DNA of 64,000 nt from Candidatus Nomurabacteria bacterium (GTDB lineage Bacteria > Patescibacteriota > Minisyncoccia > Phycocordibacterales > UBA9973): the NCBI GenBank assembly GCA_031425235.1, contig JANPIZ010000001.1:27731-91730 (forward strand), given 5' to 3'. The translations under genes were made by a program, and so were the position numbers. The notes beneath the pieces are model-generated. The model ran no database searches. It had not been told where the DNA came from and saw only the letters and a list, made by a program, of their open reading frames with translations. Numbering within the stretch: the first letter of the stretch is position 1; every line of letters begins with the position of its first letter. Shown piece after piece: positions 11,788-21,522 of the stretch.

Positions 11788-11975
11788 TTTTATAAAGAAA
11801 TATAAGGATATCTCGGATAGGCGATATATTCTTTTATGGGTATATTATAATATTATGCGAGCACAATAACCAGCAGTTATCCACAGTTTTGCAGGAAAAA
11901 GTTACCAATCTGAAAAATTTTGAAATTAGACCCATTTGATAGCTTTTTTATACTTACAAATGATATAATCAGCTC

Positions 11976-12965
11976 ATGGAAAAAATAGATTTTTTAGCGA
12001 TTGGGGATATTGTAATAGACGCTTTTATTAAATTGAAGGACGCAGAAGTATCAGGTGAGCCTGATACTGAAAATTATAAAATATGTGTACCTTTTGGAGA
12101 AAAAGTACCCTATGAGGAGGTGGATATTTTATATGCTGTGGGTAATGCCTCAAATGCCGCTATTTCAGCTGCTCGCCTGGGTCTTACCTCAGCACTTGTG
12201 ACAAATCTAGGAGAAGATAAAGATGGAGGGCAGTGCTTGGATACGCTCAAAAAAAATAACGTAGTGACTGATTTTGTAAAAATAAATCCTGGAATGAAAA
12301 CAAATTATCACTATGTACTATGGTACGGAGCGGAGCGTACTATTTTAATAAAACATGAAAAATATCCATATGAATTACCTGACGTAGGTGAACCAAAATG
12401 GATTTATTTTAGCTCTGTGAGCGACACGGCATTCCCCTTCCACAATATAGTTTCAGAATATTTAGAAAAACATCCCAATATAAACTTGGCTTTTCAGCCT
12501 GGTAAAAATGAAATAAAACTAGGCAAAGAAAAATTAGAAGGGCTTTATAAAAATTCAAAAGTTTTTGTATGTAATGTTGAAGAAGCAGAAAAAATACTTG
12601 GTGTCCAAAGTCTAGACATAGAAAAACTTTTACAAGGAATGCGTGAGCTTGGCCCTCAAATAGTACTCATTACAGACGGACCAAAAGGAGCCTATGCCTC
12701 AGATGGCAAAGATACATGGTTTATGAAGCCATATCCCGACCCAAAACCACCAGTATCAAGAACTGGTGCTGGAGATGCATTTGCTTCTACCTTTGTATCT
12801 GCAATAATTCTCGGCAAGGATCTACCTGAAGCAATGGCGTGGGCAGGAATAAATGCTATGGCTGTGGTCCAGCACGTGGGAGCAAATGTAGGACTACTTA
12901 CTAAAGAAAAACTCGAAGAATATTTAAAAACTGCTCCAGAAAATTACAAGCCTAAAAAAATATAG
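11976..12965 (+). CDS. PfkB family carbohydrate kinase
   Basis: GNASNAAISAARLG, ITDGPKGA, RTGAGDAF signature. Confidence 0.92.
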   Translation: MEKIDFLAIGDIVIDAFIKLKDAEVSGEPDTENYKICVPFGEKVPYEEVDILYAVGNASNAAISAARLGLTSALVTNLGEDKDGGQCLDTLKKNNVVTDFVKINPGMKTNYHYVLWYGAERTILIKHEKYPYELPDVGEPKWIYFSSVSDTAFPFHNIVSEYLEKHPNINLAFQPGKNEIKLGKEKLEGLYKNSKVFVCNVEEAEKILGVQSLDIEKLLQGMRELGPQIVLITDGPKGAYASDGKDTWFMKPYPDPKPPVSRTGAGDAFASTFVSAIILGKDLPEAMAWAGINAMAVVQHVGANVGLLTKEKLEEYLKTAPENYKPKKI

Positions 12966-12977
12966 TTCTTAAACTTC

Positions 12978-12998
12978 TACATAGGAGTTTCCTATGTA
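12978..12998. repeat. REP-like palindrome copy 1
   Basis: TACATAGGA-GTT-TCCTATGTA; contains the RAYT stop codon. Confidence 0.9.
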
Positions 12999-13627
12999 TT
13001 GTCAAAATTGAGCCATTCAAACAACTCTTTTTTGTGATCAATTGGATTTTTGAAATAAGTTGGAAACTCTTTTGGGTTTATGATTTTAAATTTTTTGTTA
13101 ATATATTCTTTTAAACTCGAATACCTATAATTAAAAATGTATTCTGATAAATTGTTAGTTTTTCTATTTTTTGTCTCTCTCCAATTTTTATCTATTAGTT
13201 TTGCTGGATTTAAATGTATGTATGAATAAAGATATTTTAAATACGTATCTTTACTTACATGACTTGATTTAAATACCCCTTCATATAATTTCCCTGTTCT
13301 TTCGTACTTTCTATTAAAGTACATAGAATATCCAGTTAGTAACTTGCGCATATATGTAGAAATACCATTTTCTATTTTTTCATGAGCCAATATGTGAAAA
13401 TGATTTGGCATTAAACAAAAAGCTCCTATATCAACAATTGTCTCTCCTCGCTCAAAAAACTCGTCAATATCTCTCAATATAATACTTTTTTTAGTATTAC
13501 AAATATCCATCAAAAACAAGAAGTGCTGGTAATCTTGTTCATCTAGAAATATTATTCTTTTCTCTGTGCCACGATTATATAAATGATAATATTCTCCTGG
13601 AACAAAAACTTGTTTTCTTAGAGCCAT
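12992..13627 (-). mobile_element. REP-associated tyrosine transposase (RAYT, Y1/HUH, IS200-like)
   Basis: YHLYNRG, FCLMPNHFHIL (HUH), YFNRKYERTGKL, YIHLNP (catalytic Tyr), YRYSS; flanked by palindromes. Confidence 0.92.
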
Positions 13628-13641
13628 CTTTTAAGCATAAC

Positions 13642-13670
13642 ATTTCACATAGGAGTTTCCTATGTGAAAT
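13642..13670. repeat. REP-like palindrome copy 2
   Basis: ATTTCACATAGGA-GTT-TCCTATGTGAAAT, immediately upstream of the RAYT start. Confidence 0.9.
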
Positions 13671-13675
13671 AAAAA

Positions 13676-14254
13676 TTAACCGAGTAATTCAAATTCTGTG
13701 TAGCCAAGTTTGCGCATCTCTATATAAACATTTTGAATTAATTTTATATGTCCAGTCATAAGTTTGAGCTCATTTTCTTCTTCTTCATTTAAATTATTCT
13801 TTGTTTCTAGTTCAAAAAACCTCGTACTATAATTTCGAAGATTCCATTCTTCCAATGAACCAAAATCATAGCCCAATTTTTCTATTACTTCATCAAAAGT
13901 ATTATGTAATTTTTTTGCCTTATCTGATTGCTTTTTCCTTTCTGGGTCATTTTGTATATCAACTACTGCACGAGGATCTAACAATTTTTCATCCCACTCT
14001 CGTCGTTTAAATCCTCCGGGAAAATGTCCAAGAAAACTATTTTGAAAACTTAGGAAATAAGCTGTGTCACTTGCCTTTGATAAGAATTCGATTTGACGCT
14101 TATACATATTTTCATAAAAAATGTCTCCTTTTTTTATTTCTAGTTCTTTTTTGGCATAGTTAAGGCTTGTTTCTCTTGAAGAGCGTAAATCATTTGTAAG
14201 TGAATCCGGACTGTAAACCTCACTTGCTTCGTTTATGGATCCTTCTATTGGCAT
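13676..14254 (-). CDS. Hypothetical protein (192 aa) between REP2 and REP3
   Basis: ORF track; charged helical protein, no recognised motif. Confidence 0.7.
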   Translation of the reverse strand: MPIEGSINEASEVYSPDSLTNDLRSSRETSLNYAKKELEIKKGDIFYENMYKRQIEFLSKASDTAYFLSFQNSFLGHFPGGFKRREWDEKLLDPRAVVDIQNDPERKKQSDKAKKLHNTFDEVIEKLGYDFGSLEEWNLRNYSTRFFELETKNNLNEEEENELKLMTGHIKLIQNVYIEMRKLGYTEFELLG

Positions 14255-14271
14255 ATAATTTAGTTTTAATT

Positions 14272-14304
14272 ATGGTTTACATAGGAAACTCCTATGTAAA
14301 CCAT
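14272..14304. repeat. REP-like palindrome copy 3 (inverted relative to copies 1 and 2)
   Basis: ATGGTTTACATAGGA-AAC-TCCTATGTAAACCAT; contains the transketolase stop codon. Confidence 0.9.
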
Positions 14305-15299
14305 GTTTTTCTTGCTGAAACTTTCTTCACTGCGCCTTTGATGCTTTCTTTTCCCATACCATAATGTTCTATGAGTTCATCAGGGGTACCACTTTGACCA
14401 AATATATCTTTGACTCCTATAAATTCTATTGAAGCTGGGAAGTTTTGCGCGAGAACTTCAGCGACTGCGCTCCCCATCCCCCCTGCTATTTGATGTTCTT
14501 CGACAGTAACTATTTTTTTAGTTTCTTTTGCGAGGGCGATGATCGCCTCGCTGTCGATTGGCTTAATACTCGCAAGATTTAATACCTTTGTTTTTATACC
14601 TTCCATTTCGAGTTCCTTCGCGGCAATAATCGCTCGATATAAAAGCCCACCTGTAGCAATAATACCAACTTCGGCAATTCCTACGTCTGGCATCCAATAT
14701 ATTTCTGCCTTACCCAAACTAAAAGGAGTTTCTTCTGTGGTTATAATTGGGGTTTTTTCTCGTGCCAAGCGTAGGTATGCTGGCTTCCCTGTTTTTGCTA
14801 AAGCAAGTGTCGCCTTTTTTGCCTCGATAGCATCACATGGGGATATAACATCCATGTTGGGAATTATGCGCATCAAAGCTATGTCTTCGAGTGCCTGGTG
14901 AGTGCCACCATCAGGACCGACAGAAATGCCCGCATGTGAACCCACTATCTTTACCGGCCTGTCGTTGTAGGCAATAGTCGTACGTATCTGCTCCCAGTTT
15001 CTACCAGGCGAAAACATCGCATAGGAAGAACAAAAAGGAATTTTCCCCATCGCCGCCATACCTGAAGCAACTGTCGCTAAGTTTTGTTCCGCGACTCCGA
15101 TTTCAATAAAACGCTCAGGAAATCTATCTTTGAAAAAATTCATCTGGGTAGACTCAGTAAGGTCAGCACACAAAGCAACAACATTTTTATCAGCTTCTCC
15201 AGCCAGCAGTAAGCCCTGCCCAAATCCCTTTCGTATTGGTGCTTGCTCAACATCGTCGTTGAAAAGTTTAGGATTTAATTTTAATTTTGGGTTTAACAT
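14292..15299 (-). CDS. tkt: Transketolase, C-terminal (pyrimidine-binding) subunit
   Basis: IGVAEQN, GPDGGTHQ, VEEHQIAGGMGS; start taken at MLNPK (15299). Confidence 0.92.
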   Translation of the reverse strand: MLNPKLKLNPKLFNDDVEQAPIRKGFGQGLLLAGEADKNVVALCADLTESTQMNFFKDRFPERFIEIGVAEQNLATVASGMAAMGKIPFCSSYAMFSPGRNWEQIRTTIAYNDRPVKIVGSHAGISVGPDGGTHQALEDIALMRIIPNMDVISPCDAIEAKKATLALAKTGKPAYLRLAREKTPIITTEETPFSLGKAEIYWMPDVGIAEVGIIATGGLLYRAIIAAKELEMEGIKTKVLNLASIKPIDSEAIIALAKETKKIVTVEEHQIAGGMGSAVAEVLAQNFPASIEFIGVKDIFGQSGTPDELIEHYGMGKESIKGAVKKVSARKTWFT

Positions 15300-15346
15300 T
15301 GATTTTATTAACTCACGCCGTATAGTCATTTTGACGCGGCGCAAAC

Positions 15347-16228
15347 TTACTCGTGTTCACTCTTAATCTTACCTCCGAGGGTTCGGAGTTCATGAAGTGC
15401 TCTTTTCCCTTGTTCTTTGTCAGGAATACCTACTCCTGGAGCGCCTCCATGCCATTTATAATTCCTCTCAAACTCATGCACTCCTTTGCCAGGTATCGTA
15501 TGCGCAATAATGACTATCGGCTTCCCATAAATCGCCTGCGCTTCTTGCACAGCTTCGTTTAAACCTGTAAAATCATGCCCCCCCACTTCTATTACATGCC
15601 AATTAAATGCACGCCACTTGTCTGCCAGCGAATTAAGAGGCATTATATCCTCCGTAAACCCATCTATCTGAATATTATTTCTATCAACAATTGCAATCAA
15701 ATTTCGTAATTTATTTTTACTCGCGAGCATAATTGCTTCCCAGTTATTTCCTTCATCGAGTTCGCCATCGCCAAGGAAACAATAAATAAATCTATCTTTA
15801 TCTTTCTGGTCAATTCTATCTGCAAGTGCCATGCCGACTGCTTGTGAAAGTCCGGAACCAAGAGGCCCTGAACTATTTTCAAGCCACGGCATGTATTCAC
15901 GATGTGGATGACCTTGGAGACGTGAGCCGAATTTTCTTAGAGTTTTTAATTCTTCCAGCGGAAAATAACCCGCATGAGCCATCGCGGCATACAACACTGG
16001 ACAAATGTGACCATTTGAAAGCACCAGTCTATCGCGTTCTTCCCACATTGGATTTTTAGGATCATGTTTTAGTACGTGAAAATAAAAAAGTGTGAAAATG
16101 TCAGCCATACCGAGTGGCCCCGCAGTATGTCCACTCCCCGCTGCAAGCAACATTTCAATAATACTCTTCCGAATATCATTTGCTTTCAGTTCCAACTCTT
16201 CTATTTTTTTATCAGATAAAAATGCCAT
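15347..16228 (-). CDS. tkt: Transketolase, N-terminal (TPP-binding) subunit
   Basis: SGH, DRLVLSNGH, LQGHP, GDGELDEG...DRN TPP motif. Confidence 0.95.
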   Translation of the reverse strand: MAFLSDKKIEELELKANDIRKSIIEMLLAAGSGHTAGPLGMADIFTLFYFHVLKHDPKNPMWEERDRLVLSNGHICPVLYAAMAHAGYFPLEELKTLRKFGSRLQGHPHREYMPWLENSSGPLGSGLSQAVGMALADRIDQKDKDRFIYCFLGDGELDEGNNWEAIMLASKNKLRNLIAIVDRNNIQIDGFTEDIMPLNSLADKWRAFNWHVIEVGGHDFTGLNEAVQEAQAIYGKPIVIIAHTIPGKGVHEFERNYKWHGGAPGVGIPDKEQGKRALHELRTLGGKIKSEHE

Positions 16229-16270
16229 TCCTTATATTATACCATTGATACAGAAAGAATATAAGTAAGT

Positions 16271-16516
16271 TTATCCTAATTTATCTAGATTTGGTTTCTT
16301 GTTTATTATTCTTCCGTAAGGCGCATTAGACATATTCCCGTTTTGATCTACTTCATCAGTTGTTATTAATTTTTGATTAGTCTCGCGGTCAAATTCATCC
16401 TGAATCGCACATCCTGTACAACGTGCTCCGGTTTCCGGAAAGACAAGAACTTTTCTGCAATTTAGGCAAACCTCCTTTGTTTGTTTTTCATTACTTGGGA
16501 ATTTATTTTCTTCCAT
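16271..16516 (-). CDS. Small hypothetical protein with two CxxC pairs (possible zinc ribbon)
   Basis: CLNC...CTGC. Confidence 0.55.
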   Translation of the reverse strand: MEENKFPSNEKQTKEVCLNCRKVLVFPETGARCTGCAIQDEFDRETNQKLITTDEVDQNGNMSNAPYGRIINKKPNLDKLG

Positions 16517-16527
16517 ATAACTTTATA

Positions 16528-17250
16528 TTATTGAATAATCTCAAATTTTTCTATCGTGCTTATTATATCATCTGTGTTAAAAATTGCAGAACCTATAACG
16601 AGCCGGTCTGCGCCTAGAGCGATAAGCTTCGGTGCTGTTTCCATATTTACTCCGCCATCAACTGAAACAATCAAGTCGGAAAATTTTTCTTTTAATTTTT
16701 TTATTTGATCCAAACATTTTTCGTCAAACTCTTCGCCTTGTGACCCTATACGTGCAATGCCCATAACTTGTATAAAATCTACAGAATTTACTAATGGGAA
16801 AATCTTCTCCACTTCTGTATCTTGATTGAGAGCTATACCTATCTCTATCACATCGCGTACATAACTATCTATTCCCTCTAAGAAATTTTTGAATTCTTCT
16901 ATCCGACCCACTGCCTCTAAGTGAAAAACTATTCTTCGTGGCCCAAGCTTAGTATATATATCAAAATTCTGCACTGCGTCATGTACCATGAGGTCGAGTT
17001 CGAACTCCACATCTTCCCAAAAGGGCATACCTTCTTGCTCATTTAAAATTGCTGCAAAATGGTGCTCCAAACTATTTTCCAAAAAAACTTCCTCATCATT
17101 TTTCCCCAAAAAGGGCCAGGTGGTACTTTTTACAAATATTCCATCGCATATATCAACTTGCACCACAGGTACAATTCCACGAACAAGTGAGATTTTATTT
17201 TTTAAGTCTTCGTAGTTTCTTGGCAATATTGCGGGTATTATTTCAATCAT
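16528..17250 (-). CDS. rpe: Ribulose-phosphate 3-epimerase
   Basis: IIPAIL, QVDICDGIFV, QVMG...GSQG, VDGGVN, VIGSAIF; start taken at MIEII. Confidence 0.9.
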   Translation of the reverse strand: MIEIIPAILPRNYEDLKNKISLVRGIVPVVQVDICDGIFVKSTTWPFLGKNDEEVFLENSLEHHFAAILNEQEGMPFWEDVEFELDLMVHDAVQNFDIYTKLGPRRIVFHLEAVGRIEEFKNFLEGIDSYVRDVIEIGIALNQDTEVEKIFPLVNSVDFIQVMGIARIGSQGEEFDEKCLDQIKKLKEKFSDLIVSVDGGVNMETAPKLIALGADRLVIGSAIFNTDDIISTIEKFEIIQ

Positions 17251-17254
17251 AGAA

Positions 17255-17743
17255 TTAGTATTTTGCAATACGTCGTTCGTGTCGTTTATCGCCAGAAAAT
17301 TCAGTTTTTAAGAAAAGCTCTGTGGCAAATTTCGCTTGATCCTCCAATACAAACCGTACGCCGATAGATAAAATATTTGCATCATTATGCATACGTGCAA
17401 GCTTGATTATTTCGAAAGGATCGCCACTTTGTTCTCCTTTCACATCAATTGAGCTTTGCGGTAACATTTCTCCGTAAAATACCGCGGCTCTTGCGCCAAG
17501 AATTCTATTTACAGACATAGCTTCACCTTGACCAGAACCACCTATGACAATACCAAAGCTTCCTTCTTCATTTGCCACACTTTTAGCAACCTCAGAACAA
17601 AAATCCGGATAATCATCATCAGCATCGTATGTGAAAGCACCTTTGTCTATAACTTCATAACCCAAACCAAGCTCAGGTAAATAAGCTTTTAGTTTTTCTT
17701 TTAATTCGTAACCTGCATGATCTGCTCCAATGTAAATTTTCAT
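17255..17743 (-). CDS. rpiB: Ribose-5-phosphate isomerase B (RpiB/LacA)
   Basis: IGADHAG, DDYPD, GGSGQG, ARMHNDAN, RHERRI. Confidence 0.95.
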   Translation of the reverse strand: MKIYIGADHAGYELKEKLKAYLPELGLGYEVIDKGAFTYDADDDYPDFCSEVAKSVANEEGSFGIVIGGSGQGEAMSVNRILGARAAVFYGEMLPQSSIDVKGEQSGDPFEIIKLARMHNDANILSIGVRFVLEDQAKFATELFLKTEFSGDKRHERRIAKY

Positions 17744-17784
17744 ATTATTATTATTATATCACGCCTAAATACTAATTATAAACT

Positions 17785-20700
17785 TTACTTTTCCCAAATA
17801 ACGGACAAATCTTTTTGAAAAACATAATTCCCTCCTAGGGCATGAGGGTTTGTAAGGCTAACCTTTTTTGGAAGATTGTCTTTACCTCGAAGCACAGATG
17901 CAGTAAGTGTTTCTTGAAATTTCCCTGGTCGGTTTGTGCTGCGTCCATGAGTCGTATCTACCAAAACACCGTTAAATCCATTTTCTTCTGCAAAATTCGT
18001 AACTTGTTTTGTTATCCATTGATATAATTTTCCTGCTGACACTTTACTAACAATATCAGTCGATGGATTTGGACAATATAATAAATATTTTTTACGCTTT
18101 GATTCCTCCATTTTCAGCAGCATAACTGTGCCGATATTCTTCTTTCTGTCTTCATCAAAAAGTACGAATTCAAAATATTCTTTCTTTTCAAGCATCTTTA
18201 GGTCGGCTGCAATACAAACATCTGCAACCATTCTCGCATGCGCATTCTCACGATTTTTACTAAAATACCCATGAATAGAACGTTTTTTGAGTGACTTCTC
18301 TTGTTCACCAAATTCTTTTTTAAGTACTTCAGTTTCCATTACCTCTTCGTACTTTTCTAGTTCTTTGGAAATCTCTGTGTAGCATTCATTTTGTATTTTC
18401 TCTATTTTCTTATTACTGATATCACCGACGACAGAGTCATCAGACATTTTTTCCATTACTTGCTGAAGAAGCTCGGCAGGAACTGAAGCGAGATCAGTTG
18501 TTTCAAATTTTGCAGATATTTCTTGAGCCATTTCTCGCATGTGTGGAAGGTGTTGAAAACGATTTATCAATGATATCAATACTTTTTTTCGAACAACATC
18601 AATAGTGATTCTTTCTTTAGGAATTTTTTGCAAATCAGTTACAATTTTATTCCCCAATTCTTTGACGTCTGCCTCAGAAATTCCTGTGGACAAGTACTCA
18701 AAAAAAGATTTATCAGGACTTTTCACAACTTTTTGTAAAATCTCCCTGATGGTTTCTTTCAATCGATCACCAAATCTTTCGGCCAGCTCAGAAAGCATTA
18801 TATAATTCTTTTCTATATGGGAACTATCGTCAGTAATTCTATCTCTAGTGCCTTGTACAAATGCTTCGTATTCACCTGAGAGTTGATATGAAAACAAAAT
18901 GTCGGCTATTTCCTCATTTGACTTCTCTTCTAAATACATCAAAAGTTTTCCTTCAAGAGTTTTGGGTGAATCTTCTTTTTTTTCTATTTTTTCATCTAAG
19001 AATTTCTCTAAACTTTCAGGATTTGCTAAAGTACTTAGCTTTTGTAAGCGCCCCGAATATTTTTCTAAAATTTTTAAATCAAGTATTTGCCCTTCTTTCA
19101 CGCGATATTCTGAGACTCCATCTAGTTGAACCCCGTAACCGGTTTTATTGTATTTATAATTCTCAAGGTCAGCGGACCTATCTTCATATTGATCTAAATA
19201 TGCATACGTATCATAATTTCTTTTCGAGTAAACCATTTCACAAGTAATACGATATTCATCTCCTGTTGCGTCAATGGGTTGATTATGGGCAAGTTTTTCT
19301 GCGTTGGTTTTTATATTTTCTAGATATTGATCACGTTTGTCTGTGGAGTTTTTATCTAATACATCTTCATCTAAAAATGTATGCATATAAAGTAATTTTA
19401 AATTCTCTTCGTATGGTGCAACCTCATTCAAAAGTACTTTGACTTTTTCACTCACTATTTTGGCTTGTTTACTATCTTTTGTAACCGCTACCTCCCTTAA
19501 AACACCTTTTATATCACCACTTGAAAATTCTTGTTTAGTTAATGATTCGTTTAATTCTGATATCACACCTATAATACCACTCATTTCAGCTTGAGTAATA
19601 TTTAGTTTGATAATAGGAAACATGTCTTTAGGGGTACCATCGATAAGATTACATAAAGCATCTAAGTTCTCGATATACTTTTTAGCGGCTACTTCATCAT
19701 CTTTCAATAAGTCGAATAAGACGTGGCTGCCTAGTGTTGACTGTGTGAGTGATCTAAGAATCGATGAACGTAGTTCCTCACTTTTATCAACTACTAATAT
19801 GTTTTTAAGAGATTTAAAAACAACAAGCCATTGATCAAGCTCCTCATCAGTAAGTTCTTTGAATTTGCTAAAATATATTGGACTTTCCCGCCACATTGAT
19901 TTCAATCCATCGTTTCCAAAAAGTAAAGTTTGATTTAATTTTTGGATATAATCCTGATACTTTTTTTCTAATTCAAATCCCACCTTACTAAAATCGAAGC
20001 TATTAATTAATTTATATATTGTCTGATCTTTGGTATAGTCAGAATAATCAGCCTCCTTTTTCATTTCAGCTTGATATATTTCAGGAGAAAGATTTTTAAA
20101 CTCTATAAGTTTTACATTATTAGGTGAAATGATTTCAGTTAAATTGGTATATATTTTTTCATCAAATTGTTGGGGTTGAAAAGTGGAATCTTTATGACCT
20201 TTAAAAAGAGCGTTGAGTGTCCTCTTGTCTTTTTCTTTAATCAACCTCTCAACATAGGCTACTTTTGTCTCCGCCTTCATTTTAAACAATAATAAATGTT
20301 CTTGCTTAAATTGTACTGCTTGTTCTATAAGCCAATCATATTCATGTTTTATGATCCAATCTAAAAGATCTCTTCGGGAATCTAAAAATCCTAAATTACC
20401 TGATGTAATTAATTCACGCGCTATATCTAAGCTCTTTATAATACCAAGATCAAGCTCCTCTGAACCTGTAGGAATATATTCCGCCCTGAGATTCATTTTA
20501 AATGGCATTGAGTCTAGTTGAGCTAAGGCAGCCTTACAGTTCGGATCGTCTTTAGGAATTTCGAATTCACCGCTATGTGAACTTTTTGTGACCCAGTTAT
20601 TTTTTATAATTTCTTTGATGACTTCAGGTGTATCAAGATTCAGACTCTGCACTATATTCAATTGATCTTTTACTAGATTCGGATATTTAACGTTTTGTGA

Positions 20701-21519
20701 ATTTTTAACTACATCTCTGATATCAGCACCATCGAAAACCTGAAAAAAATTAAATGCATAGTAAGAATATGGGCTCTCCATTATGAGATCAAATATTTTT
20801 TTGGAATACTTTTCACCCTCTTCAATTGCATTACGTAAAATTGGCTTCAATGTATAATTATTAAATACCTCTTGAGTTAGATAAAATTCTAATAATGATT
20901 CTGGGACAAATTTAGGAATCTCCTCTCTTTCAAAAAAAGCATTGACACCTAAAGCTTGAGTTAGAGGTTCTCCGTAACCAGCAGAAACCAAAAGATCTAC
21001 CTCTTTTGTTGAAAGAGGGCTTTGGTCATTCCAATGACGAACTCGAGACAATAAAGCTCTTAGGCTTTTTTTGTTTATGTCTTCTGCGTAACCTCCACCC
21101 ACATAATTGTCGTGCTCAACCATAAGAGCAAGTTTCGTGCGTCGTAGGAGTCCCGCATCAAGACGCTTAAAGGAATTTTTCTTAAGAGAATCGTCGATGG
21201 TAGCATGGAGGCGATGGAGTAAAACTTCCTTTGCCTTTTCATAAAAAGTAAGTGGTGGAATCAGTATATGGCCTCGCAATTCAAAATGCTTTTTTGTATC
21301 AGCAAAAAGTGAGTCGATGAGTTCTTTTTTATTATCTTCTTCTTCCATCTGCAACTCCATATTCTGAGGAGCGAGAGCATCAGCTATCCGATCAATTTCA
21401 ATTAAAATATTGTCGATCTTTTTTTCAATTTCAATATCGTCAACTTGTTTTTCAGCTGGTTTTTTCTTTTCTATATTTTCCTTGGGTTTAGTTTTCGAAA
21501 GCCGTGATTCAAATCCCAT
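17785..21519 (-). CDS. Large hypothetical protein (1244 aa), cytoplasmic-type, helical
   Basis: Long intact ORF co-oriented between gap and rpiB; no signal peptide or recognised motif. Confidence 0.8.
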   Translation of the reverse strand: MGFESRLSKTKPKENIEKKKPAEKQVDDIEIEKKIDNILIEIDRIADALAPQNMELQMEEEDNKKELIDSLFADTKKHFELRGHILIPPLTFYEKAKEVLLHRLHATIDDSLKKNSFKRLDAGLLRRTKLALMVEHDNYVGGGYAEDINKKSLRALLSRVRHWNDQSPLSTKEVDLLVSAGYGEPLTQALGVNAFFEREEIPKFVPESLLEFYLTQEVFNNYTLKPILRNAIEEGEKYSKKIFDLIMESPYSYYAFNFFQVFDGADIRDVVKNSQNVKYPNLVKDQLNIVQSLNLDTPEVIKEIIKNNWVTKSSHSGEFEIPKDDPNCKAALAQLDSMPFKMNLRAEYIPTGSEELDLGIIKSLDIARELITSGNLGFLDSRRDLLDWIIKHEYDWLIEQAVQFKQEHLLLFKMKAETKVAYVERLIKEKDKRTLNALFKGHKDSTFQPQQFDEKIYTNLTEIISPNNVKLIEFKNLSPEIYQAEMKKEADYSDYTKDQTIYKLINSFDFSKVGFELEKKYQDYIQKLNQTLLFGNDGLKSMWRESPIYFSKFKELTDEELDQWLVVFKSLKNILVVDKSEELRSSILRSLTQSTLGSHVLFDLLKDDEVAAKKYIENLDALCNLIDGTPKDMFPIIKLNITQAEMSGIIGVISELNESLTKQEFSSGDIKGVLREVAVTKDSKQAKIVSEKVKVLLNEVAPYEENLKLLYMHTFLDEDVLDKNSTDKRDQYLENIKTNAEKLAHNQPIDATGDEYRITCEMVYSKRNYDTYAYLDQYEDRSADLENYKYNKTGYGVQLDGVSEYRVKEGQILDLKILEKYSGRLQKLSTLANPESLEKFLDEKIEKKEDSPKTLEGKLLMYLEEKSNEEIADILFSYQLSGEYEAFVQGTRDRITDDSSHIEKNYIMLSELAERFGDRLKETIREILQKVVKSPDKSFFEYLSTGISEADVKELGNKIVTDLQKIPKERITIDVVRKKVLISLINRFQHLPHMREMAQEISAKFETTDLASVPAELLQQVMEKMSDDSVVGDISNKKIEKIQNECYTEISKELEKYEEVMETEVLKKEFGEQEKSLKKRSIHGYFSKNRENAHARMVADVCIAADLKMLEKKEYFEFVLFDEDRKKNIGTVMLLKMEESKRKKYLLYCPNPSTDIVSKVSAGKLYQWITKQVTNFAEENGFNGVLVDTTHGRSTNRPGKFQETLTASVLRGKDNLPKKVSLTNPHALGGNYVFQKDLSVIWEK

Positions 21520-21522
21520 TTT

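Noticed and set aside
12978-14304. Three palindromic repeats as a CRISPR array or integron attC sites
   Set aside because: Spacing about 600 bp, mixed orientation, no cas or integron integrase, no GTTRRRY ends; RAYT explains them.
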